Source: Patescibacteria group bacterium UBA4787 (GTDB lineage: Bacteria > Patescibacteriota > Patescibacteriia > UBA2591 > UBA4787). From it: a DNA stretch of 64,000 nucleotides. Where the stretch lies: assembly GCA_002402995.1 (NCBI GenBank), contig DHGX01000001.1:12850-76849 (forward strand), read 5' to 3'. Positions 10,566-20,195 of this stretch are shown piece after piece. The notes under the pieces were generated by a model. It ran no database searches, had not been told where the DNA came from, and worked only from the letters and a program-made list of their open reading frames with translations. Numbering within the stretch: position 1 is the first letter of the stretch; every line of letters starts with the position of its first letter. Position numbers and translations under genes: made by a program.

Positions 10566-10705
10566 ACATTTATAATAGCGTTAAATTGCCTTGCAATTAA
10601 AATTTTTTCCATAAACTTGCTATTTAACTTGCCACTGACATTTCCGTCCCAGTCGAACTCGAAACTATGATTTTGAAAAATGGCGGAGGGGGGGGGTATC
10701 CTTCG

Positions 10706-10999
10706 TTAAAACTTCGGATTACCTCGTCTCCCATCCTCGTGATCCTTCTCTAAAGCTACAGAAACCAGTCGTTTATAGGCAAAAGCTTTTCCTGATCCTG
10801 TTTTAAGGTATCGTTCAAAATCTCTTGCCTGTTTTTCTGTTTCGAAACCACCACACCAAATCAACCTCCAAGGACGACGTGGCTTGGTTGCTTTTATTTT
10901 TCCTTCGCTGTGTAATCTTAATCTCTCCTTTAAGTTATTAGTGGAACCGAAATAAAAAATAGGAGATTTTGAACTTGATAAAATATAACAATAATACAT
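10706..10999 (-). CDS. Stand-alone GIY-YIG nuclease (97 aa)
   Basis: MYYCYIL...FYFGSTNNLKERLRLH...TKPRRPW...ARDFERYLKTGSG; true start ATG 10999 (the longer ORF runs through the tRNA). Confidence 0.85.
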   Translation of the reverse strand: MYYCYILSSSKSPIFYFGSTNNLKERLRLHSEGKIKATKPRRPWRLIWCGGFETEKQARDFERYLKTGSGKAFAYKRLVSVALEKDHEDGRRGNPKF

Positions 11000-11074
11000 A
11001 TAACCTATTGGCGAGCCATTCCGTAGCGCTCTGTCGCTCGAAGCCATGGAAGCGTAGTGGACTCTAGCGAAGGA

Positions 11075-11162
11075 TGGCGGAAGGGGGGGGATTCGAACCC
11101 CCGATACCTTGCGGTATACGCGCTTTCCAAGCGCGCGCACTAGACCACTATGCGACCCTTCC
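11075..11162 (-). tRNA. tRNA-Ser(GGA)
   Basis: GGAAGGG acceptor stem, GCGC-TTGGAAA-GCGC anticodon arm, long variable arm, GTTCGAATC, encoded CCA. Confidence 0.95.
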
Positions 11163-11239
11163 TTGTTTGCCTCCATTTTACTGGGAATTTTGATTTTTGA
11201 CAAGTTTTTCAACTTTCCAAAAAAAAGAAATATATTACA

Positions 11240-11352
11240 ATAAAGGGTATTAAGCCCTGTGTTTGTTTCGCTCGCCCCGCCTTGACTCGCGTCGGCGAGG
11301 CAGGTCGTAAAAGCAAATAAATTTGCTTTTCCCTCGCTTGCTCACAAATAAA
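11240..11352 (+). repeat. Family-1 repeat, copy d, with nested palindrome
   Basis: Near-identical to copy b. Confidence 0.9.
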
Positions 11353-11373
11353 TCAAGAAAGGAGGAAACGAGA

Positions 11374-11490
11374 ATGAAGCTCGTTTATAAAATCTTCGGG
11401 TGGATTTTTGATTTGATTCTCTTTGTCCTTTTGGCGTTCCTCGCAGCTGTTTATCCGCTCAATAATCCACTGAAGAAAAAGAAAAAATAA
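11374..11490 (+). CDS. Small single-TM protein (38 aa, not in ORF track)
   Basis: AAAGGAGG SD; MKLVYKIFGWIFDLILFVLLAFLAAVYPLNNPLKKKKK; followed by terminator. Confidence 0.6.
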   Translation: MKLVYKIFGWIFDLILFVLLAFLAAVYPLNNPLKKKKK

Positions 11491-11522
11491 AAGACGCCTT
11501 TCATTAACTAAGGCGTCTTTTT
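11489..11522. terminator. Intrinsic terminator (bidirectional)
   Basis: AAAAGACGCCTT...AAGGCGTCTTTTT. Confidence 0.75.
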
Positions 11523-11585
11523 GATTAATATTATTTTTTTTATAATAAAAAACTCCTGATTTTATAAATCAGGAGTTAATGGCAA

Positions 11586-12125
11586 TTAATGCCATAGGCT
11601 GAATTTGAGATGATTGAGAAACCTTGACGGGCGCCTCCATCCGTCGAGAATTTCCAGTAGATCAAAAACCACTTTGACCGGTTCAAGCAGGGCGTTGACA
11701 ATAGCTCCGGCCGAAAAATTCCGAACAGGGACAAGCCGCACCGGCAATTGACCCCATTCATTAAGCCGCCAGAGCAAACGGATACGGAAAAGATGATACC
11801 ACGAACTGACCAGAATAACCTCATCGAATTGCTCTTGCCGATAGCGCAGGATTTTTAAGGCCCGCAGAGAAAACTGAACGTTCTCCAATGTTGACTGAGA
11901 ATATTTCTCCACGAGAACGGTTTCGTAGGGCGCGTCTGCCACAACCGGCGGATACCAACAGGTATAAAATTCCCTGGCCATCGCCACTGCTGCACCGCCG
12001 GAAAGGATTAAAACCGTAGCCTCAAGCGGCGGAATTTTCCAATCCTCGCCGACAGCCGCCAAAAACCTTGTATGGGATTCGCCCACACATTCGGTTTCGC
12101 AGCTAAAAACAATTTTTAGTTTCAT
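11586..12125 (-). CDS. YdcF/ElyC/SanA (DUF218) family protein
   Basis: ILSGG, EKYSQSTLENVQFS and LVSSWYHLFRI. Confidence 0.75.
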   Translation of the reverse strand: MKLKIVFSCETECVGESHTRFLAAVGEDWKIPPLEATVLILSGGAAVAMAREFYTCWYPPVVADAPYETVLVEKYSQSTLENVQFSLRALKILRYRQEQFDEVILVSSWYHLFRIRLLWRLNEWGQLPVRLVPVRNFSAGAIVNALLEPVKVVFDLLEILDGWRRPSRFLNHLKFSLWH

Positions 12126-12300
12126 TTATTTTTATTCCTTCTCTGTCTTCTGTATTTTAATGAACTAATATTTTTTATTATTATAAATATAGCATAAAAA
12201 TGGTCTTTTGTCAAATAAAAAATTTGACAGAAAGAGATTTTCTTGCTTTAATATTAAATACAAACTATTTGTTCTTGAAAAAAACAAAGGAGGAAAGTAA

Positions 12301-12636
12301 ATGGACGCCAAACACCGACTAGTGGTAGTCGAAAGTCCGCTCAAGGGCGACATGGCGATGAACAAAAAATACGCTCGCGCCTGTATGCGAGACTGCTTAA
12401 TGAGAGGCGAATATCCTTTTGCTTCGCACCTGCTTTACGCGCAGGAAGGAATCCTGGACGACACGATTCCAGCCGAGAGAAAACTGGGCATGGAAGCTGG
12501 TTTCGCCTGGGAAGAATTCGCCGATGCCACAGTGGTTTATGTCGATCTGGGTATCAGCGCAGGAATGGAAAAAGGTCTTCAAAAAGCCAAAGAAGCAGAA
12601 CGGCCCGTGGAATTCCGCCAACTGAAAGATTGGTAA
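12301..12636 (+). CDS. DUF4406 / nucleoside-deoxyribosyltransferase-like protein (often phage-associated)
   Basis: VVESPLKGD...PFASHLLY...LDD...ER.LG...GISAGM; strong SD. Confidence 0.65.
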   Translation: MDAKHRLVVVESPLKGDMAMNKKYARACMRDCLMRGEYPFASHLLYAQEGILDDTIPAERKLGMEAGFAWEEFADATVVYVDLGISAGMEKGLQKAKEAERPVEFRQLKDW

Positions 12637-12673
12637 ACTCATTAGGTTAAACCATAAATCGGGAGAAACTGAA

Positions 12674-12838
12674 ATGGAATACATACTGCTTGTAATCGTA
12701 CTGCTCATTCTGTTCGGGGCTGCCGGAAGCTCTAAAAACAAGAGCGGTGGTGGCTGCATTATAAAATCACCGCCCAAAACCCCTCCGCCCGGACCACCGC
12801 CACCAATGAAACCACAACCAACCAGCAAGAACGATTAA
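12674..12838 (+). CDS. Small N-anchored Pro-rich protein (54 aa, not in ORF track)
   Basis: GGGAG SD; MEYILLVIVLLILFGAAGSSKNKSGGGCIIKSPPKTPPPGPPPPMKPQPTSKND. Confidence 0.55.
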   Translation: MEYILLVIVLLILFGAAGSSKNKSGGGCIIKSPPKTPPPGPPPPMKPQPTSKND

Positions 12839-12844
12839 TAAAAC

Positions 12845-12875
12845 AAAAAGGACTGTTAAAAACAGTCCTTTTTTT
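12845..12875. terminator. Bidirectional intrinsic terminator
   Basis: AAAAAGGACTGTT-AAA-AACAGTCCTTTTTTT between convergent genes. Confidence 0.8.
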
Positions 12876-12899
12876 CTTCTTGGCATTATTCAGAATAAA

Positions 12900-15011
12900 T
12901 TATTTTCTAATATCAAACATTTTCCTTTGCCTAAACTCTTCTTGTTTGCTGGCGTTCCAAACTTGAACCGGTCTAAAATATCCGACCACGCGGCTATAGA
13001 CTTCGCAAGCGCTTTGGCAAGTCGGACACTTAAAATGCTCACCGGACAAATAACCATGATTCGGACAAATGGAATAAGTCGGCGTAATAGTAAAATATGG
13101 CAATTTGCTGTTAGTTGCCAGCTTCTTTATTAAATTCTTGCAGGACTTAGCGTCAATCAAACGCTCGCCGAGAAAAACATGAAAAACCGTACCGCCGGTA
13201 TAAAAAGATTGTAAGCCCTCCTGGTTGCGTATCGCGCCGAATAAATCATCGGTTTCATTAACCGGCAAACAGGTCGCTTGAGTGTAATAAGGTTCGCGCT
13301 CACCGGAAGTGATAATGTCCGGATATTGCTTTTTGTCAAGATGCGGCAAGCGGTAACTGGTGCCTTCGGCCGGCGTAGCTTCCAAATTATAAAGATGGCT
13401 AGTTTCTTTTTGAAAAGTAATAATTTTGTCGCGCATAAAATTAAGAATTTCTTGAGCGAATTTCTTGCCTTCAGTAGACCCGATACTTTTGCCCAATAAA
13501 TTTAAACAGGCTTCATGGCCGCCGATCAAGCCGATGGTTGAAAAATGGTGTTTCAGGGTGCCAAGATATCTTTTGCTAAATGGCGTAAGCCCGTTTTGGA
13601 TATTTTTTTCCACGATTTCCCGTTTAATCTCTAAAGAATTTTTGGCTAATTCCATCACATAGCTCAATCCAAGAAAAAATTCTTTTTTGGCTTTTTTTAA
13701 ATTTTTTCCTTTGGCCGTTTTCTTCGCCACATAAGCCAAGCGCGGCAAGTTAATCGTAACCACGCCAATTGAACCAGTAGAATCTCCGGAGCCGAAAAGG
13801 CCTCCGGTAATATTGCGGCGAACTTCGTCTAAACGCAATTGCAAGTGGCAGCACATTGAACGGACATCGCTCGGGTCAAGGTCAGATTTAATGAAATTGG
13901 TGAAATAGGGCAACCCGTATTTGCCGGTCATTTCGAAAAGAAGCTCAGCGTTTTCGCTGTCCCAGTCAAAATCTTTGGTCAAATTATAAGTCGGTATAGG
14001 AAAGGTAAATGGCCGACCCTGCGCATCGCCCTCTTTCATCACTTCCAAAAAGGCTCGATTTATCATATCCATTTCCTTCTGATAATCGCCGTACTTCGTT
14101 TCCAAAAGCTTGCCACCGACAATAACCGGTTCATTTTTAAGATCTTTGGGCACAGTCCAATCAAAACTCAAATTAGTAAAAGGAGTTTGACCGCCCCAAC
14201 GGCTAGTTGTGTTAAGATTAAAAACCAACTGCTGAATCGCTTGTTTGACTTCTTTGTAATTTAATTTATCGGAGCGAACCAGGGGAGCCAAAAGAGTGTC
14301 AACAGAATTAAAAGCCATAGCGCCGGCCCATTCATTTTGCAAAGTGCCGATAAAATTGGACATTTGCAAAAGAGCCGTGTCAAAATGCTTGGCCGGTCCG
14401 GAAGAAGCCTTGCCTTCAACACCGCCGAATCCTTCATAAAGCAATTGCTTCAAAGACCAACCAGCGCAATAACCAACCACTCCGAAAGATAAATTATGAA
14501 TATGTATGTCGCCACGGCGATGCGCTTCCGAAATTTCTCTAGGATAAATTCTAGTTAAAACATAATCACTAATAACCGACCCGGCGATATGAAGCAAAAG
14601 ACCGGACAACGAATAAGTAATATTGCTATTTTCTTTAACGCGCCAATCCAGTTTGCTGATATATTCATCAATAACTCTTCCCACGTCAATAAAAAGCGAC
14701 TCCATCTCGCGCATTTCTTGATGTTGTTTGCGGTAAAGAATATACGCCTTAGCTATTTCATAGAGATTATTTTTAATCAAAACTTCTTCCACAATATCTT
14801 GAATGTCTTCCACGTTTGAAATTCTTCTGGCGAAACGACGCTTTAAGACTTTAACGACTTCGTTGGAAATTTTCTTAGCGGCTCGTCCGTCACGGCCTTT
14901 GACAGCGATAATCGCGCGATGGACCGCGTTAGTTATTCTTTCCTGTTCAAAAATCACTATGCGGCCGTCTCGTTTTTTAATCTCTTGAATCTTAGCTATG
15001 GTTTTCTGCAT
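12900..15011 (-). CDS. nrdD: Anaerobic (class III) ribonucleoside-triphosphate reductase with ATP cone
   Basis: IKKRDGR ATP cone, FTFPIPTYN, SMCC, EATPAEG, CxxH...CxxC and glycyl-radical YSRVVGYFRP. Confidence 0.95.
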   Translation of the reverse strand: MQKTIAKIQEIKKRDGRIVIFEQERITNAVHRAIIAVKGRDGRAAKKISNEVVKVLKRRFARRISNVEDIQDIVEEVLIKNNLYEIAKAYILYRKQHQEMREMESLFIDVGRVIDEYISKLDWRVKENSNITYSLSGLLLHIAGSVISDYVLTRIYPREISEAHRRGDIHIHNLSFGVVGYCAGWSLKQLLYEGFGGVEGKASSGPAKHFDTALLQMSNFIGTLQNEWAGAMAFNSVDTLLAPLVRSDKLNYKEVKQAIQQLVFNLNTTSRWGGQTPFTNLSFDWTVPKDLKNEPVIVGGKLLETKYGDYQKEMDMINRAFLEVMKEGDAQGRPFTFPIPTYNLTKDFDWDSENAELLFEMTGKYGLPYFTNFIKSDLDPSDVRSMCCHLQLRLDEVRRNITGGLFGSGDSTGSIGVVTINLPRLAYVAKKTAKGKNLKKAKKEFFLGLSYVMELAKNSLEIKREIVEKNIQNGLTPFSKRYLGTLKHHFSTIGLIGGHEACLNLLGKSIGSTEGKKFAQEILNFMRDKIITFQKETSHLYNLEATPAEGTSYRLPHLDKKQYPDIITSGEREPYYTQATCLPVNETDDLFGAIRNQEGLQSFYTGGTVFHVFLGERLIDAKSCKNLIKKLATNSKLPYFTITPTYSICPNHGYLSGEHFKCPTCQSACEVYSRVVGYFRPVQVWNASKQEEFRQRKMFDIRK

Positions 15012-15121
15012 TTTTATTTATATTATTTGGTTAGGGCGCGGATAAAGAAAAAATAATAATACCACAAAAACACGAAAAAAACAATCTCCGTTTTTGACGA
15101 TATATTTAATTGAATAATTAA

Positions 15122-16183
15122 TTATTTCAAGTCTGTCCTGGAAAAAGCGACGTAAATTTCATTGCCTGCTTCTGGGTTTACCAACATCAAAACCGGCAGT
15201 CTTTTGCTTGGTAACTTCTTGGTCTGCCAATTTTGTCCACCATCTACAGATCGTTCGAGAGAATTGTTCGTTGTATAATAAATCTCATTGGTGTTGCGCG
15301 GGTTCAAGCCAAAAGAATAAATTTTAATTTTGCCCGGTTGGCTCAAAAGCTTGTAAGCCGTCCAAGTCGAACCGCCGTCATCGCTTCTTAAGATTCCATA
15401 AGGGCTAATCGTTAAAATTGCATCTGGCTTAGTCTGATCAAAAACCAAACTAAGCACATCTCGGCCATTCGGAAAAGCCGCCAAAGATGAATCCAGGCTT
15501 TGCCAAGAACTTCCGCCATCGCCTGAACGCCAAATTCCATTTGTGGTTGTTAAAACATAAACAATGCCAGTATTGCGAGGATTAAGATATATTTTTTTGA
15601 CGCGCGCCTTAAAATCATTGATGGTTGACCAACTTAAACCAGCATTAGCGCTCCGAAGTAATCGTCCATCAGAAAGTCCGGCGTAAATTTTATTGACATC
15701 GCCCATATCTACCGCCAAAGAAGAAATCTCTGTGACTGGCGTTGCATCTAAATAAATATTTTGCCAACTGCGGCAACAATCGCCACTTTTATAAACTCGG
15801 TTACCCATGCCAACATAAATAACATTTCTGTTCTTGGGATCAAGAGCGATACTATTGATAACACCCTTGGGCAAACGGTTGACCGACTGCCAACTGAATG
15901 CGCTGTCCAAACTCAAAAAAAGACCGTTATCTTTAGTGGCCAAATAAAGAACTTGGCTGTCTTGGGGATCAAGCGCTAAATCAACAGCATCAACGCTTGA
16001 AAGATTCTGCGCGCCGGGCGTAACCGACAAAACAGCTATTTTTTGCTCCCAATGTTGAGCCTTATCAATTGATTTAAAAACACCACCATCCGCTTGGTTG
16101 GTAGTTATGGTGATGCAACTGGCACCCAAAAAAATAAAACTAACGCCCAGAACCACCAACAATGAAAACAAAATTTTTCTCAT
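15122..16183 (-). CDS. BNR/Asp-box beta-propeller lipoprotein (Ycf48-like)
   Basis: Lipobox LGASC; repeated S.D.G.(S/T)W. Confidence 0.8.
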   Translation of the reverse strand: MRKILFSLLVVLGVSFIFLGASCITITTNQADGGVFKSIDKAQHWEQKIAVLSVTPGAQNLSSVDAVDLALDPQDSQVLYLATKDNGLFLSLDSAFSWQSVNRLPKGVINSIALDPKNRNVIYVGMGNRVYKSGDCCRSWQNIYLDATPVTEISSLAVDMGDVNKIYAGLSDGRLLRSANAGLSWSTINDFKARVKKIYLNPRNTGIVYVLTTTNGIWRSGDGGSSWQSLDSSLAAFPNGRDVLSLVFDQTKPDAILTISPYGILRSDDGGSTWTAYKLLSQPGKIKIYSFGLNPRNTNEIYYTTNNSLERSVDGGQNWQTKKLPSKRLPVLMLVNPEAGNEIYVAFSRTDLK

Positions 16184-16248
16184 ATAATTTTTAATATTTA
16201 ATTATATATTCATATTAGATTAATTAACCGAATATTCAAGTCGCCCTC

Positions 16249-17205
16249 TTAGTCTAAAGATACAAACAAATTGTCTAAAACAATCCTTTTATTAGCCGAA
16301 TAATTCAAATATATTTGCGCTTGGCGTAATTCTTCTAAAAAAAAGATTAATCGAGCAGGAGAAAATTTCTTAGCCAATAATTTAATTTTTTGGCTGTGCG
16401 ATTGATTAACGACTGGCAAATCCAAACTAGCCATAATAATATCTCTGATTATTGATTTCCATGCAGGGAAAGGAGCGTCGTTTAAATCAAGATTGGCGAC
16501 AAAATTTAATCTTTCCACCAGACCGCCGGATAAAACTTCTAAAAAAATACCTGCGTTGTTATCGTATCCATTCAAAAATAACTTATCGTTAGCCAATTTT
16601 ACGGCTATGCCAGGCCGACCGAAAGAAATCGAAGCGATCTGCGCTGCTTGTTCTTTTTTAATTTTAAGATCGCCGACCAAATAATTCTCGATATCTTCTC
16701 TTTTAGCTTGATTGAAACGAATTAGCTGCGAACGACTGACGATAGTGGCTGGAATACTTTTTAAATCATTAACCAAAAGAATAATGACCGATTTCTGTGG
16801 CGGTTCTTCCAAAATTTTTAAAAAAGAATTGGCAGCCGCCTGATTAAGATTTTCTGCTTCATTAATAATAGCCACCTTGTAAGAATTGTTGAAAGATCCG
16901 GAAGATAGTTTTTCCTTTAACTCGCGAATCTGGTCAATGGAAATATTTTTTTTGCCCTCTGAGCGATCAATCCAGAATAAATCGGGATAAAGATGCTCTG
17001 TGATTTGATGGATGGGGACATTCTCGCCGAATAATTTGGCGGCAAAATATTCTGCCACAAATCTTTTACCGAGATTTTTCGCTCCATAAAATAAATAAGC
17101 ATGGGATATCCTCCCATTCTTGATGCTGTTTTCTAAAAATTTAACAATTTTTTCGTGGCCGATTATTTTTGGTTCTGTGACCTTGAGATGATTCATATCC
17201 ATCAT
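16249..17205 (-). CDS. holB: DNA polymerase III delta-prime subunit
   Basis: HAYLFYG..NLGK, ISIDQIR, AANSFLKILEEPP and TIVSRSQ. Confidence 0.9.
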   Translation of the reverse strand: MMDMNHLKVTEPKIIGHEKIVKFLENSIKNGRISHAYLFYGAKNLGKRFVAEYFAAKLFGENVPIHQITEHLYPDLFWIDRSEGKKNISIDQIRELKEKLSSGSFNNSYKVAIINEAENLNQAAANSFLKILEEPPQKSVIILLVNDLKSIPATIVSRSQLIRFNQAKREDIENYLVGDLKIKKEQAAQIASISFGRPGIAVKLANDKLFLNGYDNNAGIFLEVLSGGLVERLNFVANLDLNDAPFPAWKSIIRDIIMASLDLPVVNQSHSQKIKLLAKKFSPARLIFFLEELRQAQIYLNYSANKRIVLDNLFVSLD

Positions 17206-17338
17206 AAATTAGAATTAAGAATAATGTTAAAATGTTACAATGCTATAGTGTTAACTATTCTATTTTAACATTTTTAGCGACAATTAACAAGCAAAATTTT
17301 AAACAAAAAGAGGTGCATTTAAGTGCACCCCTTTAATT

Positions 17339-17611
17339 TTAGAGGGTCGTCGGAGAACACAGATTGACGGCAAAGAGATTAAGCGGGACATCGTGCTTCT
17401 CCATAAAAGTACAAATATCCAATGTCAGAAAGATAATGTCATAGAACTTCATATCTTGCCTGATCATAACGATTAGACAGGGATTCTGGTGCCAAGCTTT
17501 ATCAAAAACCGCACGTTGTTCACCCACCATCAGGCCTGTAACTCCCGGCAGAGCCAAAAGTTCGTCCTGGATGCGATTTTTAATCGCTTCCAATTCGGTT
17601 ACGGGAACCAT
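17339..17611 (-). CDS. Hypothetical protein (stand-alone unit)
   Basis: Promoter TTGATA/TGGTATAAT, AAAGGAGG SD and downstream hairpin. Confidence 0.6.
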   Translation of the reverse strand: MVPVTELEAIKNRIQDELLALPGVTGLMVGEQRAVFDKAWHQNPCLIVMIRQDMKFYDIIFLTLDICTFMEKHDVPLNLFAVNLCSPTTL

Positions 17612-17695
17612 TTCTTCCTCCTTTGTTTTTTTGAATTTTAAAAAGAGCTTTTTGATTAATATAAATTATACCACAAATAATATTTTTATCAAGAT

Positions 17696-18817
17696 TTACT
17701 TAGTAAATTCATCTATAACATCGAGGGTATTTTTGGCGCACTTTTCCCAAGAAAAATTCTTAGCTTGGATAAATCCAGCTGAGATCATTTCTTCCCTTAG
17801 TTCGCGCGAGGATAAAACTTGTTTAACCGCCTCTATCCATGCTTCAACCGAATCATTTTTAACCATTAAGGCGGCTTCGCCGCCGACCTCAACAAGAGCT
17901 TCGTTCGTGCTAATAATAATCGGTGAGCCGCAAGCCATGGCCTCTAAAACCGGCAAACCAAATCCCTCATACAAACTCGGCATTAAACACAATCTGGCAC
18001 CGCCAATAATAAAGGACATTTTATCTTCTTCAACCCAGCCCAATTCTATAATTTTATTTTCCAGTTTATGAAAAGCAATGCGCTGTTTTATCTCTTGATA
18101 GCCAAAATCCGGCTTGCCCAATAAAACTAATTTTAAATCTTGATTTTCATCGCTGATAGACTTGAAAGCGTCTATCAATTTAATTAGCCCTTTCTTTTTG
18201 GTTAAACGCCCAAAATATAGAAGATACGGTCCGGAAATTTTAAAAGCCATTAAAACTTCTTGAATTTTTTCTTGGGCATAAACTTTAAAAAGACTGGAAT
18301 CATAACCCAAAGGAACGACGACAATCTTTTCCGGCGAAACATCATAAAGATTGATCAACTCCCGTTTAGTAAATTCAGAGGGAACAATAATTTTAACTGC
18401 GTGTTTAGCGGCGAAACGATGGGCGAAACGATAATAAAATCTCTGCCATCGCGTATAGACTTCTGGGGATCTTTCAAAACCCAAATCGTGGATCGTGGTA
18501 ATAACTTTTTTTGGATGAATCAAAGGAAGAGCATGAGCCGGAACAAACAAAATATCAGGCGCCCTAAATAGCATTTCCAGAGACAGGCGAATTTGAGTCC
18601 AAAGATATTTAAAAGGCCAAGACAAAACTTTATTTTGCCAATGAGCGGGCAATTTAACCAAATCACTCGATAAAGGTGTCGGTGAATATAACAAAAAAAA
18701 GTGGTTGGTTGAATCCACTTTTTTCAAGGCTTCAATCAGATTATAAACATACCATTCTGTACCGGTCTTATAGTATCTTATCGCCGGCGAAACATCAATA
18801 CCGATTCGCATATCCAA
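17696..18817 (-). CDS. Glycosyltransferase family 4 (GT-B)
   Basis: TTIHDL, GRL..KKG and PSLYEGFGLPVLEAMACG. Confidence 0.9.
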   Translation of the reverse strand: MDMRIGIDVSPAIRYYKTGTEWYVYNLIEALKKVDSTNHFFLLYSPTPLSSDLVKLPAHWQNKVLSWPFKYLWTQIRLSLEMLFRAPDILFVPAHALPLIHPKKVITTIHDLGFERSPEVYTRWQRFYYRFAHRFAAKHAVKIIVPSEFTKRELINLYDVSPEKIVVVPLGYDSSLFKVYAQEKIQEVLMAFKISGPYLLYFGRLTKKKGLIKLIDAFKSISDENQDLKLVLLGKPDFGYQEIKQRIAFHKLENKIIELGWVEEDKMSFIIGGARLCLMPSLYEGFGLPVLEAMACGSPIIISTNEALVEVGGEAALMVKNDSVEAWIEAVKQVLSSRELREEMISAGFIQAKNFSWEKCAKNTLDVIDEFTK

Positions 18818-18828
18818 TATATCTAATT

Positions 18829-19842
18829 TTATTTAACCGCCAAAATGCTCTTTTTATAAGAATCCAAATTATCCAAAGCGATGCCCGTGCCCTTAACCAC
18901 GCATAGATGCGGTTCTTCGGCCACATAAGCCGGCACGCCGGTAGCTTGCGTTAATAATTTATCCGCGCCACGTAACAGCGCGGTGCCGCCGGACAAAACC
19001 ATACCCTTATCCATAATATCCGCCGAAAGCTCGGGCGGAGTTTCAAAAAAAACCGTCTTAACTGCCGTGATGATATGGTTAAGCTCTTCTTGAATGGCCT
19101 CAGTAACATCATCAGAAGTTATAGTAATGGTTCGCGGCAAACCCTTAATCATATCGCGACCGCGGATTTCCATACTTAATTTATTATCCAAATAAATCGC
19201 CGAACCGATTTTAATTTTAATCTCTTCAGCTGTTCTTTCGCCAATGGCCAAATTGTATTTTTTACGAATATGATCGGCAATGGCCGCGTCTAATTTATTT
19301 CCGGCTACGCGCACCGAAGTAGAAGCGACAATACCGCCCAAAGAAATAACCGCTATTTCGCTGGTGCCACCGCCCATATCAATAATCATATGGCCGGAGG
19401 CGGAGCCGATGGGAATATTAGCGCCGATAGCCGCGGCGATGGGTTCTTTTATAATATAAGCTGCCTTGGCGCCAGCTGCTATGGTCGCGTCGATCACCGC
19501 GCGTTTCTCGGTTGAAGTGATACCGCCAGGAACAGCCACCATAACTTCCGGGCGAAAGAATCTTATTGCTCCCAGAGTTTTGTTAATGAAATATCTGAGC
19601 ATGGCTTCGGTAATCTTGTAGTCAGCGATCACGCCATCCTTCATCGGCTTGCAGGCGATAATCGTATCTGGAGTGCGACCAATCATTTCTTTGGCTTCAT
19701 CGCCAACCGCTAAAACATTTTTATCGATGGTAGAAATCGCCACCACCGATGGCTCGTTAATAACCACGCCCTTGCCCGGTAAATGAACCAAAGTTGTGGC
19801 TGTGCCCAAATCAATTCCTATTTTCTTAATAAACATAAACAT
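18829..19842 (-). CDS. mreB: Rod shape-determining protein MreB
   Basis: IGIDLGTA, NEPSVVA, DMGGGTSE and GERTAEEIK. Confidence 0.95.
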   Translation of the reverse strand: MFMFIKKIGIDLGTATTLVHLPGKGVVINEPSVVAISTIDKNVLAVGDEAKEMIGRTPDTIIACKPMKDGVIADYKITEAMLRYFINKTLGAIRFFRPEVMVAVPGGITSTEKRAVIDATIAAGAKAAYIIKEPIAAAIGANIPIGSASGHMIIDMGGGTSEIAVISLGGIVASTSVRVAGNKLDAAIADHIRKKYNLAIGERTAEEIKIKIGSAIYLDNKLSMEIRGRDMIKGLPRTITITSDDVTEAIQEELNHIITAVKTVFFETPPELSADIMDKGMVLSGGTALLRGADKLLTQATGVPAYVAEEPHLCVVKGTGIALDNLDSYKKSILAVK

Positions 19843-19902
19843 AGATTTAATTCAAAACACAAAAGCAAAAATTAAAAGGTTAATATCCAAAAATTCAAAA
19901 TT

Positions 19903-20047
19903 TATAGTCGCTTCGCTCCTGAAATTGGGGCGCCCCGCTTCGCCATAGCTCTCGCCACGCTAACGCGTTGGCGTAGCGGGTTAGCGAGGCGAGTCAGAGT
20001 CAAATCAAAAGAAGACTTTTGTTTGATCTCCTCGCTTCCAACTATAA
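19903..20047 (+). repeat. Family-2 structured repeat, copy A, with nested GC-rich palindrome
   Basis: TATA..TCGCTCCTGAAATTGG..[insert]..GAGTCAAATCAAAAGAAGACTTTTGTTTGA..CTCGCTTCCAACTATAA; matches 58121-58226 and 44335-44417. Confidence 0.8.
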
Positions 20048-20081
20048 TAGACAAACTCAAAAAAAAGTCAAATTCTGTCGA

Positions 20082-20195
20082 TTTTATTATCAAGTGAGCG
20101 AGGGAAAAGTAAATTCATTTACTTTTCCGACCTGCCTCGCCGACGCGAGTCAAGGCGGGGCGAGCGAAACAAACACAGGGTTTAATACCCTTTAT
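20082..20195 (-). repeat. Family-1 repeat, copy e, with nested palindrome
   Basis: Reverse complement of the copy b/d type. Confidence 0.9.

Noticed and set aside
11000-11212. N-terminal extension of the GIY-YIG ORF
   Set aside because: Runs through tRNA-Ser and a palindrome; the domain starts at MYYCY (10999)
12397-12828. 143-aa minus-strand ORF
   Set aside because: Antisense shadow of two plus-strand genes that have SD and terminator
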